A stretch of 64,000 nucleotides of DNA from NCBI GenBank assembly GCA_043744555.1, contig JAYTUL010000042.1, positions 5,854 to 69,853 on the forward strand, written 5' to 3'. The notes under the pieces were generated by a model that did not search any database, had not been told where the DNA came from, and worked only from the letters and a program-made list of their open reading frames with translations. Position 1 is the first letter of the stretch, and each line of letters begins with the position of its first letter. The translations under genes were made by a program, and so were the position numbers. Shown piece by piece: positions 46,537-56,223 of the stretch. The DNA is from a bacterium (lineage in GTDB: Bacteria; Patescibacteriota; Minisyncoccia; Phycocordibacterales; UBA6899).

Positions 46537-49500
46537 ATGGACAACAATGAAGACAAGAAAATGGGCAATGCCCGTGCAGGGAAAGATGGAGAGATGAGCG
46601 TATCAGCGCGCGAAGAAGCTATACAGAAATTCTGGAAAGACAATTCTATCTTCGAGAAAACCCTTGATGCCAATAAAGACAAGGAGCCATATGTCTTCTA
46701 TGACGGCCCGCCGTTTGCAACCGGACTTCCGCACTACGGCCATCTGCTTGCAGGCACTATTAAAGACGTCGTGCCACGCTTTCAAACCATGCGAGGTCGC
46801 TACGTCCGCCGCGAGTGGGGCTGGGATTGTCACGGACTGCCTATCGAGAACCTCATCGAGAAAGAGTTGGGATTTAAGACTAAGAAGGACATCGAGGAGT
46901 ACGGCATCGAGAACTTCAATCAAAAAGCGCGCGAAAGCGTGCTGACGTACGACAAAGAGTGGCGCTCGATAGTCGAGCGCATGGGTCGCTTTGTCGACAT
47001 GGACAAAGGATACAAGACCATGGACGCCACTTATACCGACTCCATCTGGTGGGCATTCAAAACCCTTCACGACAAGAAGCTCATCTATGAGGGATTCAAG
47101 TCGATGCACGTCTGCCCGCGCTGCGAGACAACTCTCGCCATATCTGAGGTAGGTATGAACTATAAAGATGTGAAAGATATTTCCGTCTATGTAAAATTCG
47201 AACTTGTCGATGAACCGAATACGTTTCTCGTCGCGTGGACTACGACACCTTGGACCCTTCCGGGTAATGTTGCACTTGCGATCGGTGCTGATATTGAATA
47301 CGTAAAAGTGAGTGCAACCCCGAGCGTTGCAGTAAATAATAAAAGGTCTGACGGATCGTATCATGAGCCTGAACGCTGGGAAGAATTTTATATATTCGCC
47401 AAAGCTCGCCTTGAACCGATGCAGATGTTGGCGCAAAAAGAGGGGAAGGATATGGAAGTTGTTGGTACTTTCAAAGGCTCCGATCTAGTTGGGAAGTCAT
47501 ACAAGCCGCTGTTTGATTATTATGCTGCAGATGAAAAGCTCGAGAATCGCGAGAATGGCTGGAAAATTTATGCGGCGGATTTTGTGACCGCAGAAGATGG
47601 TACGGGTATTGCGCATGAGGCACCCGCATTTGGTGAAGTCGACATGGAGCTCGGAAAAAAGATGAAACTTCCATTCATTCAGCATGTGAGTATGAATGGC
47701 GAGATCAAGCCTGAAGTAAAAGAATTTGCAGGATTATCGGTAAAACCCAAGTCCGATGATGACAAGGTCCGTCTTGGTACTGATATAGCAGTGCTTAAGT
47801 ATTTGCAAGAACATGGACTGTTCTTCGCAAAGGAAAATATCAACCATTCCTATCCGCACTGTTGGCGCTGTGACACCCCACTCTTGAATTACGCTGCCTC
47901 CTCGTGGTTCGTTGACGTTATCAAACTCAAACCGCGCTTGTTAGAGGAGAACAAAGAGATTTCGTGGATACCCGAGCACATGGGTGAAGGTCGCTTTGGC
48001 AAGTGGCTCGAGGGCGCGCGTGACTGGGCGATATCACGAACCCGCTACTGGGGTGCCCCTATTCCGGTTTGGAAATGCAACAAATGCGCAAAGACCGAGG
48101 TCATAGGTAGTTCCGAAGAGTTGAAGAGTAAACTAACTTCAGGCAATACCTATTTTGTCATGCGCCATGGTGAGTCCGAGAGTAATGTGAAAGGCATCGT
48201 CAGCTATAAGCCGGAAGATCCGTTCCCGCTTACTGGGAAGGGCGAAGGTGAGGTCAAAGCTACCGCCAAGAAACTAGAAGCGCTCCTCAAGAGCCAAGAA
48301 AAGAGCATAGACTTCATCATCGCCTCGCCGGTGCTCCGGACCAAGCAGACCGCACTTCTCGTCTCAGAAGCACTAGGGCTTTCGCGCGAGCAGGTCATCT
48401 TTGACGAACGCATCGCCGAAGTGAATACTGGCGAGTTCAATGGCTGCTCGATAGAAGACTATCGTAGTCAATTTTCCGATACGCTTGAGAAATTTTACAA
48501 ACGTCCACCGAATGGTGAGACCCTTGAAGAGATGAAATCACGCATCGCAGCGTTTCTTTACGATGTAGATGCCAAGTATAAAGGCAAGACCATTCTCTTC
48601 GTTACACATGAGTACTGTGTGTGGATGATGCAGGCGGCGGCGCGAGGTGCGACCAACGAGGAGGCTTCACGAATGCGTGAGGTGAGCGAGGAAGATTTTA
48701 TCCTGACTGGTGAATCTCGCGAATTCCACTTCGCTCCGCTCTCGCACAATCGTAGATACGAGCTTGATTTTCACCGTCCCTTTGTCGATGTGCAAACGAC
48801 GTACCAATGTAGCTGCGGCTTAGGCACGATGACGCGCGTTTCTGACGTCTTCGACTGTTGGTTCGAGTCAGGAGCGATGCCGTTCGCACAGTTCCACTAC
48901 ATGGGTGACGAGCGCACAGAAGACGGCAAGCATTTCATCAAAAATTTCCCTGCGGACTTTATTGCTGAAGGAATAGATCAAACGCGCGGATGGTTCTACA
49001 CACTCCTTATCCTTTCCACCGGCCTTTTTGACCGCTCGCCCTACAAGAGCGTCATAGTCAATGGCTTGATCCTCGCTGAAGACGGGCAAAAGATGTCCAA
49101 GAAACTTAAAAACTATCCTGACCCGATGGAAGTGGTGGCAAAGTATGGTGCAGACGCACTCCGCTACTACTTGCTGTCTTCACCTGCGGTACGCGGAGAA
49201 GAATTACGCTTCGTCACAGCAGGTGTCGATGAGGTATTCAAAAAGATAACTCTACGTATTGGAAATGTCCGCTCGTTCTATGAGATGTACCAAGGACAGG
49301 AGCCAATTTCGCGCGAATCACCCAAGAGTACGAATGTGCTCGATCAGTGGATCCTTGCGCGTTTCCTTGAGGCGCATGCAGAGATAACGCATTTCCTCGA
49401 TAATCACGAGCTCGACCGTGCAGCTCGCCCCGTACTTCCGTTTGTTGACGACCTTTCTACGTGGTATCTGCGCCGCTCACGTGATCGCTTCAAGAATCAA

Positions 49501-50289
49501 TCAAATAATTCCTCATCTGTTTCGTTGCGGAACCCCGCCGATTCGTCACCATATGAGAATATGCCTCCATCATCGGCCTCCCCGCGCCTCACATCTGAGG
49601 TTTCTTTGATCGATTCTCCCGCTCTTGAAGCAACTCGGACTACGGGCTGGATACTTTTTCAATTCGCAAAACTCATCGCACCCTTCATGCCTTTCCTTGC
49701 CGAGGATATCTATCAGCGACTTAGTATCGAAAACAAGAAAGAGAGCGTTCATCTTGAAAGTTGGAATAATGTAGGCATCGCTGCAAGCACCATCTTGGCA
49801 GATATGGAAGAAGTGCGGCGTTTGGTCACGCTCGCACTCGACGCGCGGGTCAAAGCGGGGATCAAGGTGCGCCAACCACTCGCCCTGCTTTCGGTGAACG
49901 CGAGAACACTGAAGAATAAAGATGCATTGCTTGCGATCATCGCAGATGAGGTGAACGTCAAGAAGATACTCCTTACTGATCAGATCGATTCGAGTGCGGT
50001 AATCCTCGATACCGTCATCACACCCCTACTTAAAGATGAAGGCATATTACGCGACCTCATCCGACTCATCCAAGAAAATCGTAAGAGGCTTGAGCTTGTC
50101 CCTGACAATGCCATTTGTCTCACATATCAAGGTGACCCCGCCATTGAAGCACTAGTTGAAAAATATAAAAAAGAGCTCGAAAGTGCTGCAAACATAACTC
50201 TATTTGAGAAGAAGCTCCAGGAAGGTGGCACGCTCGCCCTTAAAGACGCAAGCTCTAGCGGACTCACAATCGCCATTCGCAAGGTATAA
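46537..50289 (+). CDS. ileS: Isoleucine--tRNA ligase (type 2, 'HYGH') carrying an in-frame histidine-phosphatase-like insertion of about 200 aa and a second Ser/Pro-rich insertion
   Basis: PPFATGLPHYGHLLAGTIKD, KMSKKLKN (KMSKS), WISR..., RRSRDRF and APFMPFLAEDIYQRL are all present and colinear. The extra length (1250 aa versus about 1040-1100) is accounted for by the two inserts. Confidence 0.95.
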   Translation: MDNNEDKKMGNARAGKDGEMSVSAREEAIQKFWKDNSIFEKTLDANKDKEPYVFYDGPPFATGLPHYGHLLAGTIKDVVPRFQTMRGRYVRREWGWDCHGLPIENLIEKELGFKTKKDIEEYGIENFNQKARESVLTYDKEWRSIVERMGRFVDMDKGYKTMDATYTDSIWWAFKTLHDKKLIYEGFKSMHVCPRCETTLAISEVGMNYKDVKDISVYVKFELVDEPNTFLVAWTTTPWTLPGNVALAIGADIEYVKVSATPSVAVNNKRSDGSYHEPERWEEFYIFAKARLEPMQMLAQKEGKDMEVVGTFKGSDLVGKSYKPLFDYYAADEKLENRENGWKIYAADFVTAEDGTGIAHEAPAFGEVDMELGKKMKLPFIQHVSMNGEIKPEVKEFAGLSVKPKSDDDKVRLGTDIAVLKYLQEHGLFFAKENINHSYPHCWRCDTPLLNYAASSWFVDVIKLKPRLLEENKEISWIPEHMGEGRFGKWLEGARDWAISRTRYWGAPIPVWKCNKCAKTEVIGSSEELKSKLTSGNTYFVMRHGESESNVKGIVSYKPEDPFPLTGKGEGEVKATAKKLEALLKSQEKSIDFIIASPVLRTKQTALLVSEALGLSREQVIFDERIAEVNTGEFNGCSIEDYRSQFSDTLEKFYKRPPNGETLEEMKSRIAAFLYDVDAKYKGKTILFVTHEYCVWMMQAAARGATNEEASRMREVSEEDFILTGESREFHFAPLSHNRRYELDFHRPFVDVQTTYQCSCGLGTMTRVSDVFDCWFESGAMPFAQFHYMGDERTEDGKHFIKNFPADFIAEGIDQTRGWFYTLLILSTGLFDRSPYKSVIVNGLILAEDGQKMSKKLKNYPDPMEVVAKYGADALRYYLLSSPAVRGEELRFVTAGVDEVFKKITLRIGNVRSFYEMYQGQEPISRESPKSTNVLDQWILARFLEAHAEITHFLDNHELDRAARPVLPFVDDLSTWYLRRSRDRFKNQSNNSSSVSLRNPADSSPYENMPPSSASPRLTSEVSLIDSPALEATRTTGWILFQFAKLIAPFMPFLAEDIYQRLSIENKKESVHLESWNNVGIAASTILADMEEVRRLVTLALDARVKAGIKVRQPLALLSVNARTLKNKDALLAIIADEVNVKKILLTDQIDSSAVILDTVITPLLKDEGILRDLIRLIQENRKRLELVPDNAICLTYQGDPAIEALVEKYKKELESAANITLFEKKLQEGGTLALKDASSSGLTIAIRKV

Positions 50290-50296
50290 TGACGCC

Positions 50297-50884
50297 ATGG
50301 CGTATCATATCTACCATACCGAAGCGATAATATTGGGCGGCAGACCAAGTGGGGAGGGCGATCAGATGCTCTACTGCTATACGCGCGAGCTCGGGCTAAT
50401 CAGAGCGCATGCAAAAAGCCTACGCGAAGGACGATCGCGCTTACGCTATGCATTGCAAATGTTCTCGCATGCAGAACTCGATGTCATTGCCGGCAAGCAT
50501 GGATGGAAACTTATTTCAGCGCGACCCGTCGATTCATTTGCGTCGCTTTGGGAGCATTCTGGAAAGCGCGCGCTATATGCACAGCACGCACAGTTATTGC
50601 GGCGGCTTATTCAGGGGGAGGAGCGCCATGAAAAACTTTTTGACGAGATATTATCGGGACTGCAATTCCTCAAAGACGTTCCACATGAAGCGATGCTTCG
50701 TACCGTTGAACTCATATTCGTGGTTCGCCTCCTCTATCATCTCGGCTATTGGGAAGAGGGTGAAGTCTTTCAGCCGCTCTTAGGAGAGAGTCCGTGGAGC
50801 GACGCAACACTCGCATTCGCGGAAGCTTCTCGCACGCCACTTTTGTTAGGTATTAATCGCGCTTTACGCGAGACACAGCTGTAG
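50297..50884 (+). CDS. recO: DNA repair protein RecO (short form). The ORF-track start 50204 overlaps ileS, so ATG 50297 is preferred
   Basis: MAYHIYHTEAIILGGRPSGEGDQMLYCYTRELGLIRAHAKSLREGRSR gives an OB-fold N-terminus typical of RecO. Confidence 0.75.
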   Translation: MAYHIYHTEAIILGGRPSGEGDQMLYCYTRELGLIRAHAKSLREGRSRLRYALQMFSHAELDVIAGKHGWKLISARPVDSFASLWEHSGKRALYAQHAQLLRRLIQGEERHEKLFDEILSGLQFLKDVPHEAMLRTVELIFVVRLLYHLGYWEEGEVFQPLLGESPWSDATLAFAEASRTPLLLGINRALRETQL

Positions 50885-50933
50885 ACTCTCATACTTATAC
50901 AGAACTCAAGGAGGAGTGGTATAATATTTACCT

Positions 50934-52853
50934 ATGGACACTGAGTACGAAAGCAGTCGCATTGAGAAGGCAAAGCGCGGTCTTTATCAAGCCGATGAAG
51001 TTCTGCACAACAATGGCGAAAACGCCGATCTCTCGCCGCTTGATATAGACGTTGCTCACGACTGGGGAGATACAACCATCGTTCACGACAGAGAAAAGCG
51101 AACCGGGGGAGTAAATATCCTCAAGGCGCTTGTTGTGCTTGCCGTACTCGTCACCTTTGGCTCAGCAAGCTTCCTCTTGTACAATCTTTTCGACCCATTC
51201 GCAAAACCATCCGATAAGAACATTCTCATTACTTTTGATGTTCCAGTCGGCACCACTCCTGGAGTTCCGGCCGACATATTGGTACGTGTGAGCAATCAGA
51301 ACCGTATCGCTCTCGAATACGGCAATCTCACTATCGTCTATCCACCAGGCACCCGTAAGGGTGACACTCCCGAAAAAGATCTCCGTGACGAAAAAAAGGT
51401 TCTCGGGCAAATTGGCCCTGGGCAGGTCGTCGAGTATCATACAAAGGCAATCTTTCTTGGTGAAGAAAACACCGATAAAGAAATGCACGCGAGTCTCGAG
51501 TATCGTTTCGCAAATATCAGTTCAATATTTACGAAGGATGAGGTGCGCCTGGTCCATCTAGTTTCTGCACCGGTAAATCTCACCGTCGACGTACTCAAAG
51601 AAGTGAACTCCGGACAAGAGATTGAGCTCGGCATTAATGCCGCTTCAAATACCGTTATTCCGCTTCGCGACGTGCTAGTGAAGGTCGAGTTTCCACTCGG
51701 CTTCACCCTCTCTGACACTGACCCAAAACCGACATTTGGCAACAACATCTGGCGCATCGGCACCATGGATCCCGCAAGCAAATTCAAGATACGTATCAGG
51801 GGAATACTTGCAGGTGAAGATACGCAAGAAAAGGTCTTTCATACAAGCGTCGGCGCCGGAAGCGACCAGACTGAACGCAATATTAGCATCATGTACTCAA
51901 CCCAGCTCTCAAGTTTGGTAGTGCAGCGTCCATTTATTGGTATCGCGCTTTTATTGAATGGCAAGTCTGCCGAACAGGCGACTGCGCACTTTGGACAGCG
52001 CATCGGAGGTGAGGTCAACTGGCACAATAATCTTCCGACGAAGATCATCAATGCACAGATCGAGGTCAAGCTAAAGGGAGTTGCACTTGACCGAACCACT
52101 GTTGTTGCGCGCAATGGCTTTTATCGCTCATCAGACGATACGATATTTTGGGATGAACGTTCCAATCCTTCACTTGCAGTGCTTGAAGCGGGCGACAGTG
52201 GTAGTGTTGATTTCTCTTTCTTGCCAATGCCGGCAATATCTGGAACCCAGCTTCTCACCAATCCGACCATCACGGCTGAAGTGACCGTGCGTGGAAAGCG
52301 TATTTCAGAGGCTGGAGTACCAGAAGAAGTGAAGACAGCGACCTCACAGTTCGTAAAGATCACTTCACAGGCACAATTTACTGCTCGCTCAGTGTACTAT
52401 GCTGGACCATTTGTAAACACAGGACATCTTCCTCCAAAAGTTGAACAAGAAACGACCTACACCATAATCTGGGATATCGTGAATATCTCAAACACCATCA
52501 GCAATCCACAAGTACGCGCTATCATCCCACCATATGTAACTTGGGCGGGAGCAGTATATCCGAACAAAGAAAACATTACATACAACCCAAATACTCACCA
52601 GATAACCTGGGCACCGGGAGACATTCCTGCGGGCACTGGGGTGGGCAAGCCACCACGCGAGGTTGCATTCCAGATAATTCTTGCACCAAGCATCAGTCAG
52701 ATCGGAAGCACCCCAACCTTAATGGACCACATTCATTTCGACGGCACAGACTCATTCACCAGCGAATCCCTGGCACAAGATATCAATGATATTACGACCG
52801 TGCTCGTCACTGACCCCAGAGCGACAAAGGAAATGTACACTGTTGTTCGATAA
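50934..52853 (+). CDS. Large membrane-anchored surface protein (cytoplasmic N-terminus, 1 TM, beta-rich repeat-like ectodomain)
   Basis: TM helix ILKALVVLAVLVTFGSASFLLYNLF, then about 550 aa extracytoplasmic with CARDB/DUF11-like character. Confidence 0.55.
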   Translation: MDTEYESSRIEKAKRGLYQADEVLHNNGENADLSPLDIDVAHDWGDTTIVHDREKRTGGVNILKALVVLAVLVTFGSASFLLYNLFDPFAKPSDKNILITFDVPVGTTPGVPADILVRVSNQNRIALEYGNLTIVYPPGTRKGDTPEKDLRDEKKVLGQIGPGQVVEYHTKAIFLGEENTDKEMHASLEYRFANISSIFTKDEVRLVHLVSAPVNLTVDVLKEVNSGQEIELGINAASNTVIPLRDVLVKVEFPLGFTLSDTDPKPTFGNNIWRIGTMDPASKFKIRIRGILAGEDTQEKVFHTSVGAGSDQTERNISIMYSTQLSSLVVQRPFIGIALLLNGKSAEQATAHFGQRIGGEVNWHNNLPTKIINAQIEVKLKGVALDRTTVVARNGFYRSSDDTIFWDERSNPSLAVLEAGDSGSVDFSFLPMPAISGTQLLTNPTITAEVTVRGKRISEAGVPEEVKTATSQFVKITSQAQFTARSVYYAGPFVNTGHLPPKVEQETTYTIIWDIVNISNTISNPQVRAIIPPYVTWAGAVYPNKENITYNPNTHQITWAPGDIPAGTGVGKPPREVAFQIILAPSISQIGSTPTLMDHIHFDGTDSFTSESLAQDINDITTVLVTDPRATKEMYTVVR

Positions 52854-52916
52854 CATGGCAGAACGATCAAGGCGATCGCTTTTCCAAAGCACATAAATTG
52901 TGTAGCATAATAGTCT

Positions 52917-54347
52917 ATGGCAAAAGAGAAAGCAGAACGAAATGAAAAGATGGAGGCAATCATCTCGCTCACGAAGCGGCGCGGTTTCGTGTACCAAGGC
53001 TCTGAGATCTATGGTGGTTTAGCAGGAACGTGGGACTACGGACCACTCGGTGTCATGCTCAAGAAAAATATCGAGAACCTTTGGTGGAAAATATTCGTCG
53101 AGGAGCGCGAAGACATGTACGGCATCGACGCTGCTATCCTTATGAACCCCCAAGTGTGGGTCGCATCAGGTCATGTCGGTGGATTTTCTGATCCTTTGGT
53201 TGAATGCGCAAAATGCAAAAAACGTTTTCGTGCAGATCATTTGCGGGACAAATTTTTAAATGAGAACCCAGCTATCCTTCACGATGAACCGAGCGGAACA
53301 GTCGAAGTATTGAATCGTGACTTTTCATCCTTCGATATCAAGTGCTCCAATTGCGGCAGCAGTTTAAGGAATGCCCAAGTCCGTCAATTTAACATGATGT
53401 TTCAGACACGCGTCGGAGCAAATGAAGATGCAGGAAGCATTACGTATCTTCGTCCTGAGACTGCGGGCGGTATGTTCGTTAACTATAAAAATGTGATGGA
53501 TTCGTTTCACCCTAAGCTTCCGTTCGGACTCGCTCAGATAGGCAAAGCATTCAGGAATGAAATATCTGCGCGCGACTTCATCTTTCGTGTACGCGAGCTC
53601 GAGCTGATGGAAGTCGAGTACTTCGTAGACCCGAGTGAGTGGGAGAAGTATTTCGAAGAATTTCGTTTGCGGATGTGGAGCTTTATCGACGCAATCGGAC
53701 TCTCACGCGAACACGTACACGAACTTGAAGTAGGAGAGGCTGATCGCGCGCATTATTCGCGCCGCACCATCGACTTCGAGTTCGATTATCCATTCGGCAG
53801 AAAAGAACTCTACGGACTGGCATATCGTGGGGACTTTGATCTGAAGAGCCACCAAGAGGGGAGCAAGTCCGATCTGACGTATTTTGATGAATACAGCAAA
53901 GCGCGATTCCTTCCGCACGTCATCGAGCCCGCGCTTGGAGTCGGGCGCACCATACTTGCGATATTAAGTGATGCATATACCGAGGACGAGATGGGCGGCG
54001 AAAAGCGCGTCTATCTTAAGTTCGCGCCTGAGATAGCACCTATTCGCGTTGCAGTGTTTCCGCTACTCAAGAACAAGCCCGAACTTGTGGCCAAAGGTCG
54101 TGAAGTATACAGTAGTCTGCGTAAGATATTTGGCAGCAAGGTGATGTTCGACGACAACGGCAACATCGGCAAACGTTATCGCCGCCAAGATGAGATAGGC
54201 ACTCCATATTGTGTGACTATCGACTTCGACACGCTCGGCGAGAACCCCGAACTGCTTGATACGGTGACCTTGCGCGACCGCAACAGCGGAACACAAAAAC
54301 GCGTCCCACTTTCACAACTAGCGTCGCTTATCGGACATAACGCATAA
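52917..54347 (+). CDS. glyQS: Glycine--tRNA ligase, alpha2 (archaeal/eukaryote-like) type
   Basis: RRGFVYQGSEIYGGLAGTWDYGPLG...class II motifs and ...FRNEISARDFIFRVRE.... Confidence 0.9.
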   Translation: MAKEKAERNEKMEAIISLTKRRGFVYQGSEIYGGLAGTWDYGPLGVMLKKNIENLWWKIFVEEREDMYGIDAAILMNPQVWVASGHVGGFSDPLVECAKCKKRFRADHLRDKFLNENPAILHDEPSGTVEVLNRDFSSFDIKCSNCGSSLRNAQVRQFNMMFQTRVGANEDAGSITYLRPETAGGMFVNYKNVMDSFHPKLPFGLAQIGKAFRNEISARDFIFRVRELELMEVEYFVDPSEWEKYFEEFRLRMWSFIDAIGLSREHVHELEVGEADRAHYSRRTIDFEFDYPFGRKELYGLAYRGDFDLKSHQEGSKSDLTYFDEYSKARFLPHVIEPALGVGRTILAILSDAYTEDEMGGEKRVYLKFAPEIAPIRVAVFPLLKNKPELVAKGREVYSSLRKIFGSKVMFDDNGNIGKRYRRQDEIGTPYCVTIDFDTLGENPELLDTVTLRDRNSGTQKRVPLSQLASLIGHNA

Positions 54348-54537
54348 CAATAGAGAGCAAGCCCTTTGCACAATTTGCATTACTCCTGCTTTTTTAAAAA
54401 TGCAAATTTTAGTCGCCCTCGTTTTCCTTTTTTCAAATTCGTACTTATCCTCCGATTATCCTATTTTCCCCCAAAATGTTTTCCGGAGGAGTAGTCAATT
54501 GCCGTCACGAAAATCTTGTACTTTCCTAGTATTGCGC

Positions 54538-54996
54538 TTATTCCGTGGTCGGTTTTCCTAATTCCGAGAGAGGGTAAATCTTGGTTCCGTGAGAATGGTT
54601 GGATATGAACGTCATGATCGCAACATCTGAAAGTTTTCCAGTTTTCAATTCCGAAATGAACTTTCTGAGTTCATCGGTATATGCCATCATAGAAAATCCC
54701 GTCGCAACATCTAGCTCCATTTCTGTGGGCATTCGGCCGACCTCCTCAAAGATCTCATTGGTCATCTCTATTTTTTGACTTTGAATGTATGCTTCATGCT
54801 CGTTTTGTCTTGCCTCTATGCTTGACTGACGTTCTACTTCAGCCATCCCATCTAACGTATCCATACCTTTGTTCACGCCCATGACCGCCACAAAGCCTCC
54901 CGCTAACAAGGCGGCAGTACCCCATCCCGTTTTCTTTGTTACGGACGGGCGCACGTCACTTTCTACTTCCCCACCTTCCTTGGGCATATTTTCCAT
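54538..54996 (-). CDS. Hypothetical membrane protein
   Basis: One TM helix (GWGTAALLAGGFVAVMGV) with acidic and coiled-coil regions. Confidence 0.45.
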   Translation of the reverse strand: MENMPKEGGEVESDVRPSVTKKTGWGTAALLAGGFVAVMGVNKGMDTLDGMAEVERQSSIEARQNEHEAYIQSQKIEMTNEIFEEVGRMPTEMELDVATGFSMMAYTDELRKFISELKTGKLSDVAIMTFISNHSHGTKIYPLSELGKPTTE

Positions 54997-55252
54997 ATTT
55001 TTGATAATTACTTAATTATATTATTATAAGTCGTTAAAGCTTAAAAACAAGCGCACCCCGTGGGGTTGTCGCTTGCAACGTGCAGTCGTGTGTTTTTTGT
55101 AGGCGGGGATTTGAAAATAGATCTAATTTCAGGATTTGGACATATCATCGATTCCCGAAAAGATACCGACACAATTTCCTCACGATAATCAAAAAAAATC
55201 GGAAAGTTTATCGTGTACGCCACATTTTGCTTTCATTCGATATATTCTAACA

Positions 55253-55280
55253 GTACACATGCTACTAGTAGCATGTGTAC
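55253..55280. promoter_or_regulatory. Perfect 28-bp palindrome GTACACATGCTACT|AGTAGCATGTGTAC in the upstream region of the 54538-54996 gene
   Basis: Read directly. The two 14-nt halves are exact reverse complements with no spacer. Confidence 0.5.
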
Positions 55281-55431
55281 TCGCTGTGCTTGAGATTGCT
55301 GGTGGGTTTTTTGATGTATCGAACATTGCAAGGTGACAACAAGTAGAGAAAGCACACGAAAGGGAAATGAGTATTGCTTGCGAGGCATTCATGATTATAG
55401 TTATTTCCCCAATTAGCGTTGGTAACAAAAT

Positions 55432-55451
55432 CTGCCTCAGATGAGGCAGAT
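55432..55451 (-). terminator. Hairpin terminator after the 55455-55814 gene
   Basis: TCTGCCTCA-GA-TGAGGCAGA followed by TTTTG on the minus strand. Confidence 0.5.
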
Positions 55452-55454
55452 GTA

Positions 55455-55814
55455 TTATCCCGACTTACCGAGTCGAGTGAAAAGCTCCGTAAGTTCTACA
55501 TCGAGTGCAGTATCAGTTGTTTTCGGCTGATCATCGGTTGTCGTTTGAGCGCGCGTCTCCGCATTTTCAATCGTTCGGATGAGGATAAGAAGCATAGAAC
55601 TGATGTAGTACCCAAATTCCAAATGAGTTGGGGAATCGCTCTCTGTGAGGACGTTGTTTGCGCGATTTCCAATCAGTTCTACGAGTTCCCCGAGCTGAAG
55701 ATTTACCTTCTTTAGTCGTTTTACATGCTCGTTGATGTATTTGCGAAGCTCCGGTCTCTTCTGCGGGATTTCTCTCCCCGCGCTTAAGATATCGATAGGC
55801 ATGATCTCTACCAT
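55455..55814 (-). CDS. Hypothetical protein (119 aa)
   Basis: ORF with its own terminator and no recognisable motif. Confidence 0.45.
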   Translation of the reverse strand: MVEIMPIDILSAGREIPQKRPELRKYINEHVKRLKKVNLQLGELVELIGNRANNVLTESDSPTHLEFGYYISSMLLILIRTIENAETRAQTTTDDQPKTTDTALDVELTELFTRLGKSG

Positions 55815-55867
55815 ACTGCCTCCTTGTGTATTTTCTTATCTTGTTTTACCCAAACTATAAAACAAAG

Positions 55868-56223
55868 TCAATCATGCTTGCTGGTCTGATGTTTATCGAA
55901 ATAAAGTATGTACGCCAGAGCACACAAGAGGATGAAAGCAGGAAAAGATGCAAGAAGGGACTGTTTAATAATTGTGTTTGAAATAATTGCCGTAGAGAGG
56001 AGTGCTATGAGCAGAATGGCACAGAGATTCGATATTTTTCTCATACACAGACCAACTGCAAGTATGATATTAAGCACACCCGTAAGATACATGAGCCACA
56101 ATGGATAACCCCAAGCAAGAAAGATGGACACCTCTTGCGGTGAATTTGTAAGTTTAAGGATACCCGTGCCAATAAAAACAAACATGACGATAAGCATCAA
56201 TATTATTCGCAGGTAGTATTTGG
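55868..56223 (-). CDS. DoxX-family small membrane protein
   Basis: 4 TM helices, with GTGILKL resembling the DoxX GxxKL signature. Confidence 0.55.

Noticed and set aside
50204-50296. Upstream extension of the recO ORF overlapping the ileS 3' end
   Set aside because: RecO homology starts at MAYHIYHTEAIILG (50297). The extension is an in-frame read-through of the ileS terminus.
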